From Psammoneis japonica (Eukaryota): a stretch of 56,737 nucleotides of DNA. The notes beneath the pieces are model-generated. The model ran no database searches, was not told where the DNA came from, and saw only the letters and a program-made list of their open reading frames with translations. The position numbers were made by a program, and so were the translations under genes. This document shows positions 23,301 through 34,874 of this stretch, one piece after another; within the stretch, counting starts at the first letter, position 1; each line of letters begins with the position of its first letter. Where the stretch lies: the NCBI GenBank assembly GCA_008632985.1, contig QPGO01000028.1, positions 615,598 through 672,334 on the forward strand, read 5' to 3'.

Positions 23301-25719
23301 CAGCAAGCTTTGCCACTTTTAAGAGCATTGCCGTGCAAATGAGGATGGGATTGTCAAGCTCAGATGGGTGAGCAATTGTTGTTGTGAAGCTTTTGCAACA
23401 GAATGTGTCAGCTTCTTACCTGTTTCCTTTGTTGGTTCACACCAGGAGGTGTCGTCTGGACCTGTTCACAATGGACACATTGAGAGGACAAAGAGAAAGG
23501 GCCTGCAAATTTAGGCTGCCTGCACTCAACAAGCTCATCAAGATGTTCAAGAGGTGTGGCTGTGCTCTTGACTTTGCTCTCTCAAGCTTGTCAACAATGC
23601 TGCTGAAGAAGGCAGTGCTTTGAGTGCAGCACAAATTTTTGAAGTTGTTGTGGCTGCTGTGTGGCTTGCACTGGCTGATTTTTTGTTTTGTGCAAGACCA
23701 CATCATGGAATCCTGCTCAACACATGGAAGAAAAAAACCTGTGGCACCACTGGAGATTGACATGATTGTCAACAATGTGCCATGTGGTGTCTCAGTCAGC
23801 ACCCAATCTCATGCAATCACCAGGGAGGCAACCTGCAAGCAGAGGCCCATCTGCCTTGTCACTGCTGGTTCTGACCTTTGGCAGATTCTCACTCCTCAAG
23901 GGGAGTGCCCCCACTTTCTTGGCTTGCCTGCAAGCAGAGGCCTGCCTTTCTCATTGCTGCTGGCTCCAACCTGGAAGATTCTCACTCCTCAAGGGGGGGT
24001 TCAGCCTCTGCCATTTCAGCTTGTGTTTTGTCTAAAATGCCTGTGTGATTTTGCAGACATTGGCAAACAATGACCTCTGAAAGCAGCACCTTGCCCACAC
24101 CTCATGCCAACTGTTGAGCACCAACATTGTGTGTGTTCACTCTCTTGCATTGCATGGCAATGTTTGCACAAGTGGACCCAAATGGTTCACAAAGAAAGAA
24201 AATTGGAGATGATTTTTGTTCTGCAACTGCCAGCAGATTTCTTTGCTTTCCCTGTGACAACAACATTGTCACTCTTGCTTGTGACATGACAAAGACATGT
24301 TGCATGTGTGCAAAAACAACAGAGAAGATCAACACAGTTCAGCACCAAAATGAAAAAATTGCAATGCCACATTTTTGCAAGAAATGTTTTCCCAGCAAGT
24401 GCAGCACAATCAACTGCCACCCACATCTTCCAAGAGTGCAAGAGATGCTGCTTTGAATTGGGCCCTCCACAAACACAATGTGGCCATGACCAACTGGAGG
24501 GCTGTTGAGTGATTGTCACTCTCCTGACCTCCTCCCACACTGTGAGGGACATGTCTGAGGAAATCCTGGAGAAAAAGAATTTACAATGATGGGCAAAGTG
24601 AGAGAACCATTGTGCATCAATGTGACTCTGAACAACGTTCAATGTGCCACACCCAATTGGCAAATGCTTTTGTGGATCATTCCCCAGGCAGACAAACAAG
24701 AAGTCATGGCATGCAAGAAGTGGCCAGTTTGGTGCATTGGGGTTGTCCAAATGGCAGTTGCTGATGCCCTGGAGAAAAGAAAACAAGCAACATGATGAGA
24801 GCTCTGCATCCACCAAAAACAGTGGGAAGCAAAAGGAGAGAAACAACTTGCAAGCAAACAAGAATGAAAAGCATTCAGTGCAGCTCTTAGCATGATGAGT
24901 GTCCACAGCATCCTTTTGGACCATGTGCGGCACCTCTGAATTGCACGCCACACATTTCCACAAAGCACTGAACTGGGTTGTCAAAAAATGACCCACATGG
25001 CAATTGCTTCATTTGTGGACCTTGGAAACACTGACACTTCACAAGTCTTTTTATCTTGTGTTCTGAGTTTTTTGTGGAATTTCTCCACCTTTCCCATGTG
25101 CACTCCATGAGAAAAGGAAAAGCAACAGAGGCAGCACAAGCATTGTGGACACATCACAGAAGGCTGTTGGAAAACCAGTGGCAGCATTGATGTGTGCTTC
25201 TCAGATGTCCTCACCCCACCACACAATGGCTCTGTTGAGCCTCTTTGTCTTGTGTCTTGAGGTTTTTTGTTGTGGTTCTTTGCCCTGCCTCTGAGTGCTC
25301 TGTGCTCTCCATGAGAAAAACAAAAAGCAACAGAGCACAAGCACAACCTGGGTGCATCATGATGGCGCTGGCAGACACGCACCATTTTGTTCTCCAAAAT
25401 GATGTGGGGCACCCACAAACTTTTGATGTGTGTCTGATCCTTGGTGCACAAAAGGGTGAATGTGAAACAAACAAGAGTTTGTGGACAGAGGACACCACCC
25501 TCCGCTGGACTCACCTGAATCGTCCAAAGTTGCCATGGTTGCCATGTTGCAAGTGTGGCGAAAATTTTTCAGCAGAATGTTGCGAGCTGTTGTTTTGGCT
25601 AAATTTGAGCCAAAAAAGTGGCAACCAACCCCCTGTAAAATTTCCAACAGCAGCTGTTTCCTGCGAAGTTTGATTTGTGACAAAGGAGTCTAGAATTTTT
25701 GTGACAGCCGGAATCCGGC

Positions 25720-26200
25720 ATGGCACCAGAGCTGCATCGACATGGCACTGCGGACGCTGTCACCATGGTGGATCAAGAGGTTGCAGCTGCTGACACAATG
25801 CTTTCTGCTTGTAAAATGGCATTGGAGTCCACAAGTGAGTGGAGGTCTCTTAAGCCAAGATTCCTGCAAGTGCAATCCTTCAAGCAAATGATTGACAACA
25901 ACGCAGTTTTGGGGGTTCCTCCGTCCCTTTGGCGTGAGAAACATGCCCTCACTCCAATCATAAAATCGTTGGAACATTGCAATGATGCTGGGGCAGTGTC
26001 GGTGGCAATGGTGCCAGCATCAATGGGGAAGATGACAGAAGCGAAGTTCTTCTTGCATGAGAACAAAGAGCAAGTTCAAGGGATTGCAATTTGTTGCACC
26101 GGTCAGCAATCGCACGACTCGTGAATGTGTGCGGCTGATGTGCAGATGCAGGTGGAGCAATCAAAGCACGGGGCAAATCCGGAGCCCGGAAGCTCGCCGA
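25720..26200 (+). pseudogene. Degenerate fragment of a possible P-loop NTPase gene
   Basis: VSVAMVPASMGK(M)T resembles a Walker A after a beta-strand. The frame is broken. Confidence 0.3.
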
Positions 26201-26575
26201 TGCACAAACTCGATCTTTCGTTGCTGCTGATGCTGTTGTGTTGTTGAAGCCAGTTTGGGCCGATCCTTCATTGCCATGGCGGCTGCAGAAGGAACAGAGA
26301 GGGCTGGCGTGGCCACCTCCATTCTTGATCACGACTTCAGTGACATTCAGGATGCAACCTTCCAGAACCAAATTTCCAAACACATTGCCGCAGCGGAGAA
26401 CCCTGAAGATGCGACCACCGTGCAGCACTGGGCGGAGATGAAAGTCCACAAAACGTCCAGTGCAAATGAGAAAGAGGAAACGGTGGAGTTTCGAGGCACC
26501 CGTCTTGTTCTGATTGCGGCCATTGAACAAGCCAAGTTGGATGCCAACTTCTTGCTCAATTTTCAAACCTCCATT

Positions 26576-26932
26576 TGTGGGATTCTACCTGGGGTGCAGG
26601 TCCCACCTGTAGAATGTGCTGCTGACAATCAGCACAAGGTGCTAAAAGCCAGTAAAACAGCAATGAGTTGTCTTGCCAACTCGTGCTCAGTTGAAATTGT
26701 GGGCTAAAACCAATCTAAAAGTGAATCTCTCATTTTGTGATCTGAAAGATCTTGGACAATGCCACGTCAGAAAACAGACATTCTTCGAATGTCACTCACG
26801 TAGAATGTGTGCCAAGAGTCACGGCGTAAGTTCGTCACTTGAATTGTCCTTTCCGATGTCCAACTCAGCCGCGTGGAAATTCCAAGAAGATTGGACGTCC
26901 TGAGATGTCCACAGTCATGCTAAATTGTCACA
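26576..26932 (-). repeat. 3' LTR of family B element
   Basis: TG...CA direct repeat of 32354-32710. Confidence 0.93.
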
Positions 26933-27780
26933 CTCCCTTTGAAAGTGTCGGGTGAAGCTGTGACTTGATCTAAAATCACCACTTGAGCAGCTTCTTTTGA
27001 AGGCGAACAAATGTGTTTTGAGGCACTGGCTTGGTCTCCATGTCTGCAATTTGTTCAGTGGTGTCAATGGGCAGAATGGAAATGATTCCCTTCCTGACAT
27101 GTTCCTTGAAATGATGTGGTGCCAGATTGAAATGCTTGGTTCTTGGTCTCATCTTGGGCAGTCTTGCAATTTCCAATGCACCTGAATTGTCCTCGGGTGC
27201 CTTGCAATGAACCAAAGGAGTCTTGGATGGCACCTTGTGTCCATGCTCTTGAAATTCCTTGATCAAATTGATGACAGGAGTGGCGCTTCGGAGGCTCTCG
27301 GATGGAGTGACATGTTCGGCTTCTGTCGCACTTAGCGCGATTTGTGTTTGAAGCTTAGATGTCCAAACAACAGGGCAGTCTGCGCAGGCAATGACGTGCC
27401 CTGTCCTGGACTTTGAAGTGCCAATGTCACAAGGGGCAGTCATTTTGTTCCAATTGCCTGCGAAGTCGGCATCGGCACAAACTTCCAATGACTTGTCTTC
27501 CATTGGGTCCAGAATGATGCCTTCATGTCTGGTTGCTCGCAAGCACTCACAGAGCCACAGTGCTGCTTCACCGTGTGATCGTTTGGGGTCACTTGAAAAT
27601 CGCGCGACTTGATGCACAGCGCATGCGATGTCGGGTCGAGTGCTCTTTTCCAGAAAATTCAATTTGCCGATGACGCTGCGACAGTCGAAGGACCCGTCAA
27701 AAGATTCTTCGTTCTCATGTCGATGTGGCATCTTTGAAGATGCTGCTGGAGTCTGCTTGTCCGGTGGACGGGTTCCAATC

Positions 27781-28148
27781 CTAGGTGGGACTTTTTGTGA
27801 CATTGGGCGCGTAGAATTCTACGTGCGAGCTCCGTAGTAAAATCATTAAGCAATGAAAATATGAATGATCGCTGACAGAAATAGAGGCAATTTTACGAAC
27901 GTATCTCCTCCTCCAAATTTGAAGTACGTTATTTATAGTTTGCCCGGGTATATTCTTTAGACATTAAAGAATATACCCAGCGCATTTTTATTGTCATAAA
28001 TGTAGAAAACAGAAAGCCTTTGGCTTCGCAAAAGAGGCAGTGTGGAACAATTTTTTACAATACAACACGTAGAAATGTACGTGCAAAACATACGACGGAT
28101 GACAAAAAATAATTATGTCACAGTCCAGCAGTGCGAGGTCCCACCTAG
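27781..28148. mobile_element. MITE (368 bp including terminal CTAGs) nested in the copia pol gene
   Basis: Perfect 11-bp inverted ends CTAGGTGGGAC / GTCCCACCTAG plus subterminal tgtgaca / tgtcaca. Collapsing to one CTAG restores the pol frame (PTRSSSR-IGTRPPDKQTPA), implying a TA or CTAG target duplication. Confidence 0.8.
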
Positions 28149-31100
28149 AGCTGGAACGCGTCGGTGCACGACGAGGCAAGTTCACCATTTCGAGCATTTG
28201 CTTGATCATTTGTGGTTGCGTCAGTTTCATTCTGCCATCAGGTGGTGTTTCGATGTTGACACCGAGGTGGTCGTCAACATTTCCTTGATCATCGATGTCG
28301 AAGTTCGAGCTGCGGATGTCTTCGATCGCCTTGTCAACAGCACCCTTGTCCAGTGATGCAAACATGCCATCATCGACGCAATGCACGAAAATGACATTTC
28401 CTTGATGACAAAGGCATTTGTCGACTTTTGATTGTTCAAATCCGATTCTCAACAATCCTTCTCGCAAGTGCTCACCCCATGCTCTCCCTGCTTGTTTCTG
28501 TCCATGCAGGTTCTTGAGCAATTTCAACACATGGGTTCTGCCATTGCCGCACTTGGTTTCGATGCCTTTTGGCAGCTCCACGCACATGTCAAATTCGATG
28601 TCGGCATGAGGACAGGCAAGAACGAAGTCGACTTGGCGAGTGTGCCATCCGTTCAGAACGGATGGCATGAGTGGAAACCGCGCAGTGTTCCAATTGACAA
28701 CTGCCGCATGAGTCTGAAAACAATTGACTGCATGCTCTTGTTTTCCACCGTGCACATTGAGCCTTGACTTGTGCTTGTGCACTTTTCTTGTCTTGATGTC
28801 TCTTTTTCTCTTCACAGACCATGCCGCTGGGAGAATGTCGACTCCCTCTGGAACTTCTTTGACAGGAATCAGTTTCCAGTGTTTGCGTTCAATGTGATCG
28901 TTGACTTCCTTGATGCAAGCCTTGACAAACTCGTCTCAGTCTGGTTCATTCACAGCTTGATCAAAATGCATGGCATCTGGGTCGGTTCTGGCTAAGAAGG
29001 TGAAAGGTGAGTCCATGTCGTGTTGCATCTTGCAGTCGTCCTCGTGCATTGCATCGCAGCACTCGCAATGGGTCGACAGATGCGACACGATGCCGGTGGC
29101 TTGTTGTTGTTGGCTTTCGATCATTTGTTGCGTTGGTTTGCGCACTCTGCCAGCCCTGCTGACACTTGGTTGTTCTGGTGCCGTCTCTTGAGAGTCTTCA
29201 GGTGTCGTGTCTTCTGCTGATTCGGGCGTCTCGTCTTCAGTCATGGGGAGCTGCTCATCTTCGAGTTGTTGTGGAATGTTGGGTTCCGGTGTCGAAGTGT
29301 TCTGCACTGGCGCAGCGGAGCAAGGCTCCCTTGCTTCCCTTTGTGGCTTGAAGATGTTGAATCTCGATGCTCCTTGCTTCTTGAGTCCTGATGCGGTTTG
29401 CCATTGCGAGAATGTAGGTGCATTTCCTGCGGAAGGGCGTGCCGTCTCGAAGAAGTCATCGAATTGAACATGAAATTGCGGAGAGGTGAGTCCAGTCTCA
29501 AGGTTGAGCACTGAATTGACTGATCCAGCGTGTCTCGGAGATGGTCCCAAGTTGATTCCTAACCTTGCTCTTGATTGCCACTTGGGCACTCTCTGTCCAC
29601 TCTGCAGTCGGTTGTCAAGCGCATAGACGGGGCATCAGAAAGTGTGGTGTTGCTTGAGATTTGGAGCGACCTTGACGGAGGCGAATCGTTCGATTGGGGA
29701 GCTGCCATCTTCGTGGTCAGGTAAGTTGTTCTTGAGCTCATTTGAATTGCGCAGCGCACTTGGCCAGAGATTGATCTCAACAGCCGTTGACCATCTTGCT
29801 TTCGCATGTAGCAGCTGTTTGCGAGTCTGTTCTTGCAGGTCGCGGACTCGCTTTTCGGCAATGCCGTTTTGGAAGTGGGCATTGACGCCACAGTGCGATG
29901 TGGTTTGTCCTTGTTTCTCAACGTCTTGCATGAAAGTGTTGTCAGAAAATTGTCTGTTGTCGGCATGGCGGTGTTTGATTTGGACATGATGTCATCTCGC
30001 AAAGGCTTCGAAAGCATGTTTGGCTTTCAGGGTTTCCTCGGAGGCAAGTGATCGTTGCAGGAACACGTGTCCAAGTTTGGAGTGGTGATCGACAAACACT
30101 GTTGCTGCTCTGCATTGCTGTTTTGCAGGTCTCCCTTTGAGTTGAGGGACAAAGCCTGGGGTCGAGCTTTCGAGCTGATCTGCCGATGTGACCTCCCCTG
30201 GCTTTGCAGCGATGTGCATGTTCGACTTGCGTCTGGATTTGGCACGCCAAGGGTGTTTGGTCATGGCGCCATAGAGGCAGCTGGATGTCGACAACCACGC
30301 AACCTGCACAATGTTGAACGACAGATCACACTTTGTTGGTGACCTGCGTCCTGCAAACAAATGGATCAAGGGAGCAGGCAGATGGTTGGACGCAGAAGGA
30401 GAGGGCACACTCAAGTGGTGCATCGAGGACGATGACGACGACGGACAGGTGCACACGATCACCACACACGACGCACTGCACGTTCCCAACTTACCCATTT
30501 GCCTCCTCTGCCCTCAGCAATGGAGCCAACAAGCTCAGGATCGTTGTCCTGAACCACACGGAACGACTTCCTGGAACCGAGACGACAGACTCCTGCTCAT
30601 GTGGGATCAAAGGAAGCACACAAGGCTGGTCCCTCTTCTTCTCTGGCAGGTTGAGCATCGCAAACACTGTGAGCACCAACAGTGGAGCCATGGTGTCTAC
30701 GAAGCTCGTGGTGACTGGGGCAATTGTGGACGCGACAAGAACTGCCTTCATGCAGAATGCCCATGTCCGGAGCGCCTTCCGGACCAGTCATTCCTTGGAC
30801 TCGAGATCCTCGATGATTGAGGCCAGAGCGTTGGCACAGGAAACTTTCTTGTTGGAGTCTTTCGTTCTGCTTTCGGATTCTTGAGCTTTGCGAAGTCGAC
30901 AACCTTTGTCTCCCAAATCATCAGGCAAGTGAGCCACCCAAGCAGAGTGGCACTTGCACCAATGATGGTCGCGTCCCTTTTGACTCTTGTGATGACACTT
31001 GTGCCCGTTGACAGTCTTCGTAGGGTCACTGTCCTTTGGCGGAGTCTTCTTCCAGGCTTCGTCCTGTTTCTTGGCGCGTTTCGGGTTCTTGCTTTTGTTC

Positions 31101-31255
31101 TTGGAGTTCTGCTTGCTGCCACCTCCCTTGGACTTGCTGGGACCACTCTTGAGAGCCTTGGAGAGCTTGAGGTTGTGATCCTTGATGGTCTCGACTTCTG
31201 TGGCAAGTGCAACAATCCTTTCCTGCTCAGGAGAGAGTGCTCCCCACTTGTCTGC

Positions 31256-32281
31256 TCAATCGAGGTTCGTGTTCTTGTTGAGTGCTAGCTGCATGACTCG
31301 TTCCGGAGTGCAGTCCTCACCATCATCGCACTTCTGTTCTGTGTCAGCCATGCACTTGACGAATGCTTGATCGCTGGCTGCTGCACATCCTTTGAATGGG
31401 TTGACCACAAGGTCATCGCAGCCTTCTCCCCTGGCTCTGAGTCCGTCATGGTTGAGTTTGACGCACTTGTTGAACTCCTCAATGTTCGAGTTGCAGGTCG
31501 ACATGCATGAGTCAAGGCTGGACAAGTTCTTGCGGAAGCAGTTCGCGGTTGAGCGAGTGTCCACGATGGCTTTCTGAGCAAGCAGTTTGAAGAACAGCGT
31601 GCCGACTTGCACTCCGTTGATCGTGCATTGCTCACTTTCGGCGATGATCTTGTCTCTGACTTCCACAGTTAGGGTCTGAGAGATCACCTCAGCCATTTGG
31701 ACTTGGTTCTGGGCTTGCCTTGACTGAGCAGCCATGCAGGCAGCAGCGTGGTCGTGCACGTTTTGTGCGGCAAGTCTGCCATGCTCGGTGATCAAGTCTT
31801 GAGCGACTCCATTGCTGTCAGGGATCGACATGATGTTTCCCGTTCCTGATTTCCATCCTGACTCTGCTGCTCGTTTGTTGAGAACTTCACAGAATTTGTT
31901 GAGACCTTCAGAGTCTCCATTGAACTCGTGAGGTGGTGGAGCTGTAGCAGCATTCCAGAGCTTGAGACCTTGCGAGGTGCCGCAGTCTATCCAGTCGTTT
32001 GGACGGCACTGACCAGGGGTCAATGCGAATGTGGGTCCTGCAGCAGGTGCTGCAGGAGGAACCGGAGGCACTGGAGGCACTGGAGGTGCACCTCCTCCAC
32101 CACCGCCTCCACCACCACCGCCTCCTGGAGGGACTGGTGGAACCGGTGGAACTGGTGGTGCTGGCACAGGTGCGCCTGCCGGAGCGGCAGCAGGAGCAGC
32201 AGCTGGAGCAGCAGCAGGAGCTGCAGCGGGAGCTGAAGCAGGAGCTCCAGTCGCAGCAGACGAGGTGCAGGTGGCCACCAT
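31256..32281 (-). pseudogene. Copia Gag of family B element
   Basis: Directly downstream of the 5' LTR. Ala/Pro/Gly low-complexity N-terminus, then FALTPG and NSNIEEFN. No Tyr in 341 aa. Confidence 0.8.
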
Positions 32282-32353
32282 TGTTGGATGGTTTGGGTCT
32301 CGATCAACAGCTGGCTTGAAATTGAAGTTGCGAAGCAGGTCGCAGAGGAAGCG

Positions 32354-32710
32354 TGTGGGATTCTACCTGGGACACAGGTCCCATCTGTAGAATGCACTGC
32401 TGACAATCAGTGCAAGGCACTAAAAGCCAGTAAAATGGCAATGAGCCATCTTGCTAACTCGTGCTCAGTTGAAATTGCAAGCTAAAACCAATCTAAAAGT
32501 GAATCTCTCGTTTTGTGATCCGAAAGATCTTGGACAATGCCACATCAGAAAATGGACATTCTTTGAATGTCACTCACGTAGAACATGCACTGAGAGTCAC
32601 GGCGTAAGTTCGTCACTTGAATTGTCCTTTCCGATGTCCAACTCAGCCGCATGGAAATTCTGAGAAGATTGGATGTCCTGAGATGTCCACAGTCATGCTA
32701 AATTGTCGCA
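32354..32710 (-). repeat. 5' LTR of family B element
   Basis: Direct repeat of 26576-26932, followed by TSD CCATT. Confidence 0.93.
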
Positions 32711-33737
32711 CCATTGCTCGCAGTTGCCAACAAGAAATGATTGAAAAGTGCAAGGTGGATCTGAATGTTGATGTCTTTTGTTGCTGGAAGTGCGGGCAGC
32801 AAGCCACGAAATTCTGCCAGATGCTTGGCACCCCCTGGACCAGTCCACCCTGCATCTTTGAGGATCAAATGGGGACCACCATTTGCAACAACCCATGGTG
32901 CGACTTTGTGAGTTTGGACTTTGCCGCCTCAATGATGGCACGACAGAATGGCGTGGGGAGCATCATCATCCAGAAGCGATGGGAAGAAGAGAATGGAATC
33001 TTTTGGTGTGAGACGTGCCATGTGTCGAATGAATTCAAATCCCTTTTGAAATGCTCGCGCTGCAAGAAGGCGTGGTTCTGTGACCAGAATTGTCAGAGAA
33101 AGGGCTGGAAAAAGCACAAGAAAACGTGTCGGCCTTCAACGTAAAAAAGAGTTTGACAGAGTTTGTCGTTCGGGTGCAACTGGGATGGATTCAGCATTGG
33201 CAGTTCAGACTCGTAGAGTGCTGGTTCTAGCTTCACATGCCAACCTGCTGCCACGTGTGCCAGTTTCTTACATGGAAAATGCTTGGTCTGTAGATTGGTT
33301 TTCTTGGCATCGGTTTTTTGCTTTCCGTGCCTTTCGGCAACGTGAGGAGCTAGCCAGCGCTTTCACGAGCCAGCTCCATTTGCTGGTTGTTTTTCTCCAG
33401 CCAGTGAGGAGAGAAGCCCCTTCACGCAGCTGATCAATCCTTGATGCTTGGCAAGGATTCGCTGAAGCAATGCTGAGCATCCGTCCCCCCGAGGTCGAAT
33501 CTCTCATCCTGATTCTAAGCCCATTGATTCCATCACGTCCATTGTCTTGGATGCCAAGACTCAGTGGCTCAAGGTTTCGTGTGATTTGGTCCAACACCAC
33601 TGGACGGTTGGCCGTCCCCTCATGGCACGAACTAAAGAACAACAACGGCGGGCCAATGGGGTGGAAGCACAACTCAGCTCATTGAAGGATCACATGGAGA
33701 CTCTGTCCGATGTCTTTTGGTGCAATGTTGAGCATTT

Positions 33738-34802
33738 GAGTGAGAGCTTGCTGCTGCTCAACAAGTTGTGGTTGTGCTTTTGATGCAAGGATCTCCACTG
33801 CACCTTGAAAAATGGAGTGTTTGGAGTCCATTTCTAATGCCATTTCCATTCTCCAAGTGCTGGGGAGACGAGCTTGGTTCTGCTTTGGCTGTGCCCCACT
33901 CCACTCATGAGTGAGAGCTTGCTGCTGCTTGACAAGTTGTGGCGGTGCTTTTGTTGCAAGGATCTCCACTGCACCCTGCCAAATGGAGTGTTTGGAGTCC
34001 ATTTCCAATGTTCTTTCCATTCTCCAAGTGCTGGGGAGACGAGCTTGGTTCTGCTTTGGCTGTGCCCCACTTCACTCACAAGTGAGAGCTTGCTGCTGCT
34101 CAAGAAGTTGTGGCGGTGCTTTTGATGCAAGGATCTCCACTGCACCCTGCCAAATGGAGCATTTGGAGTCTGTTTCCAATGCTCTTTCCATTCTCCAAGT
34201 GCTGGGGAGACGAGCTTGGTTCTGCTTTGGCTGTGCCCCAATCCACTCATGAGTGAGAGCTTGCTGCTGCTTGACAAGTTGTGGTGGTGCTTTTGATGCA
34301 AGGATCTCCACTGCACCTTGCCAAATGGAGTGTTTGGAGTCTGTTTCCAATGCTCTTTCCATTCTCCAAGAGCTGGGGAGACAAGCTTGGTTCTGCTTTG
34401 GCTGTGCCCCACTTCACTCATGAGTGAGAGCTTGCTGCTGCTTGACAAGTTGTGGCGGTGCTTTTGATGCAAGGATCTCCACTTCATCTTGCCAAATGGA
34501 GTGTTTGGAGTCTACTTCCAATGCTCTTTCCATTCTGCTTGGTTCTGCTTTGGCTGTGCCCCACTCCACTCATGAGTGAGAGCTTGCTGCTGCTCAACAA
34601 GTTGTGGTGGTGCTTTTGACGCAAGGATCTCCACTGCACCTTGCCAAATGGAGTGTTTGGAGTCTGTTTCCAGTGCTCTTTCCATTCTCCAAGTGCTGGA
34701 GAGACAAGCTTGGTTCTGCTTTGGCTGTGCCCCACTTCACTCATGAGTGAGAGCTTGCTGCTGCTTGACAAGTTGTGGTGCTGCTTTTGATGCAAGGATC
34801 TC
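33738..34802. repeat. Tandem array of about six 171-bp units
   Basis: tgatgcaaggatctccactg recurs at 33781, 33952, 34123 and onward (period 171). One unit has a short deletion near 34535. Confidence 0.92.
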
Positions 34803-34874
34803 ATGTTCCTTGTGAAGACACCTGCCTCATGTTGAAGGCTTTTTGAGAGCAGCAAGTGGCAAGTGCCATCTTTT

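Larger units (their letters stand above)
26576..32710 (-). mobile_element. Ty1/copia LTR retrotransposon, family B; degenerate and internally rearranged
   Basis: 357-bp LTRs (26576-26932 and 32354-32710), TSD CCATT (26571-26575 and 32711-32715), purine tract AAAGGGAG on the minus strand. Gag 31256-32281; integrase QNGIAEKRVRDLQ; RT KSRLNVHG, CVDDG; RNase H DADFAG, EDNSGA. Confidence 0.95.
26276..33144 (+). pseudogene. MYND zinc-finger gene split by the copia insertion (26276-26575 joined to 32716-33144)
   Basis: Removing the element and one CCATT gives in-frame ...NFQTSI-ARSCQQEM.... The C-terminus CETC...LLKCSRCKKAWFCDQNCQRKGWKKHKKTC is a MYND finger. Confidence 0.8.

Noticed and set aside
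23881..23998. Short ~20-bp direct repeat agattctcactcctcaagggg
   Set aside because: Only two copies in degraded DNA, with no associated structure.
21150..25700. Many Cys/His-rich ORFs resembling zinc-finger or metal-binding proteins
   Set aside because: Cys and His are the products of TA and CG converting to TG/CA, and they appear in all six frames.
33738..34802. CRISPR array
   Set aside because: Units are contiguous 171-bp repeats without unique spacers, there are no cas genes, and the context is eukaryotic.
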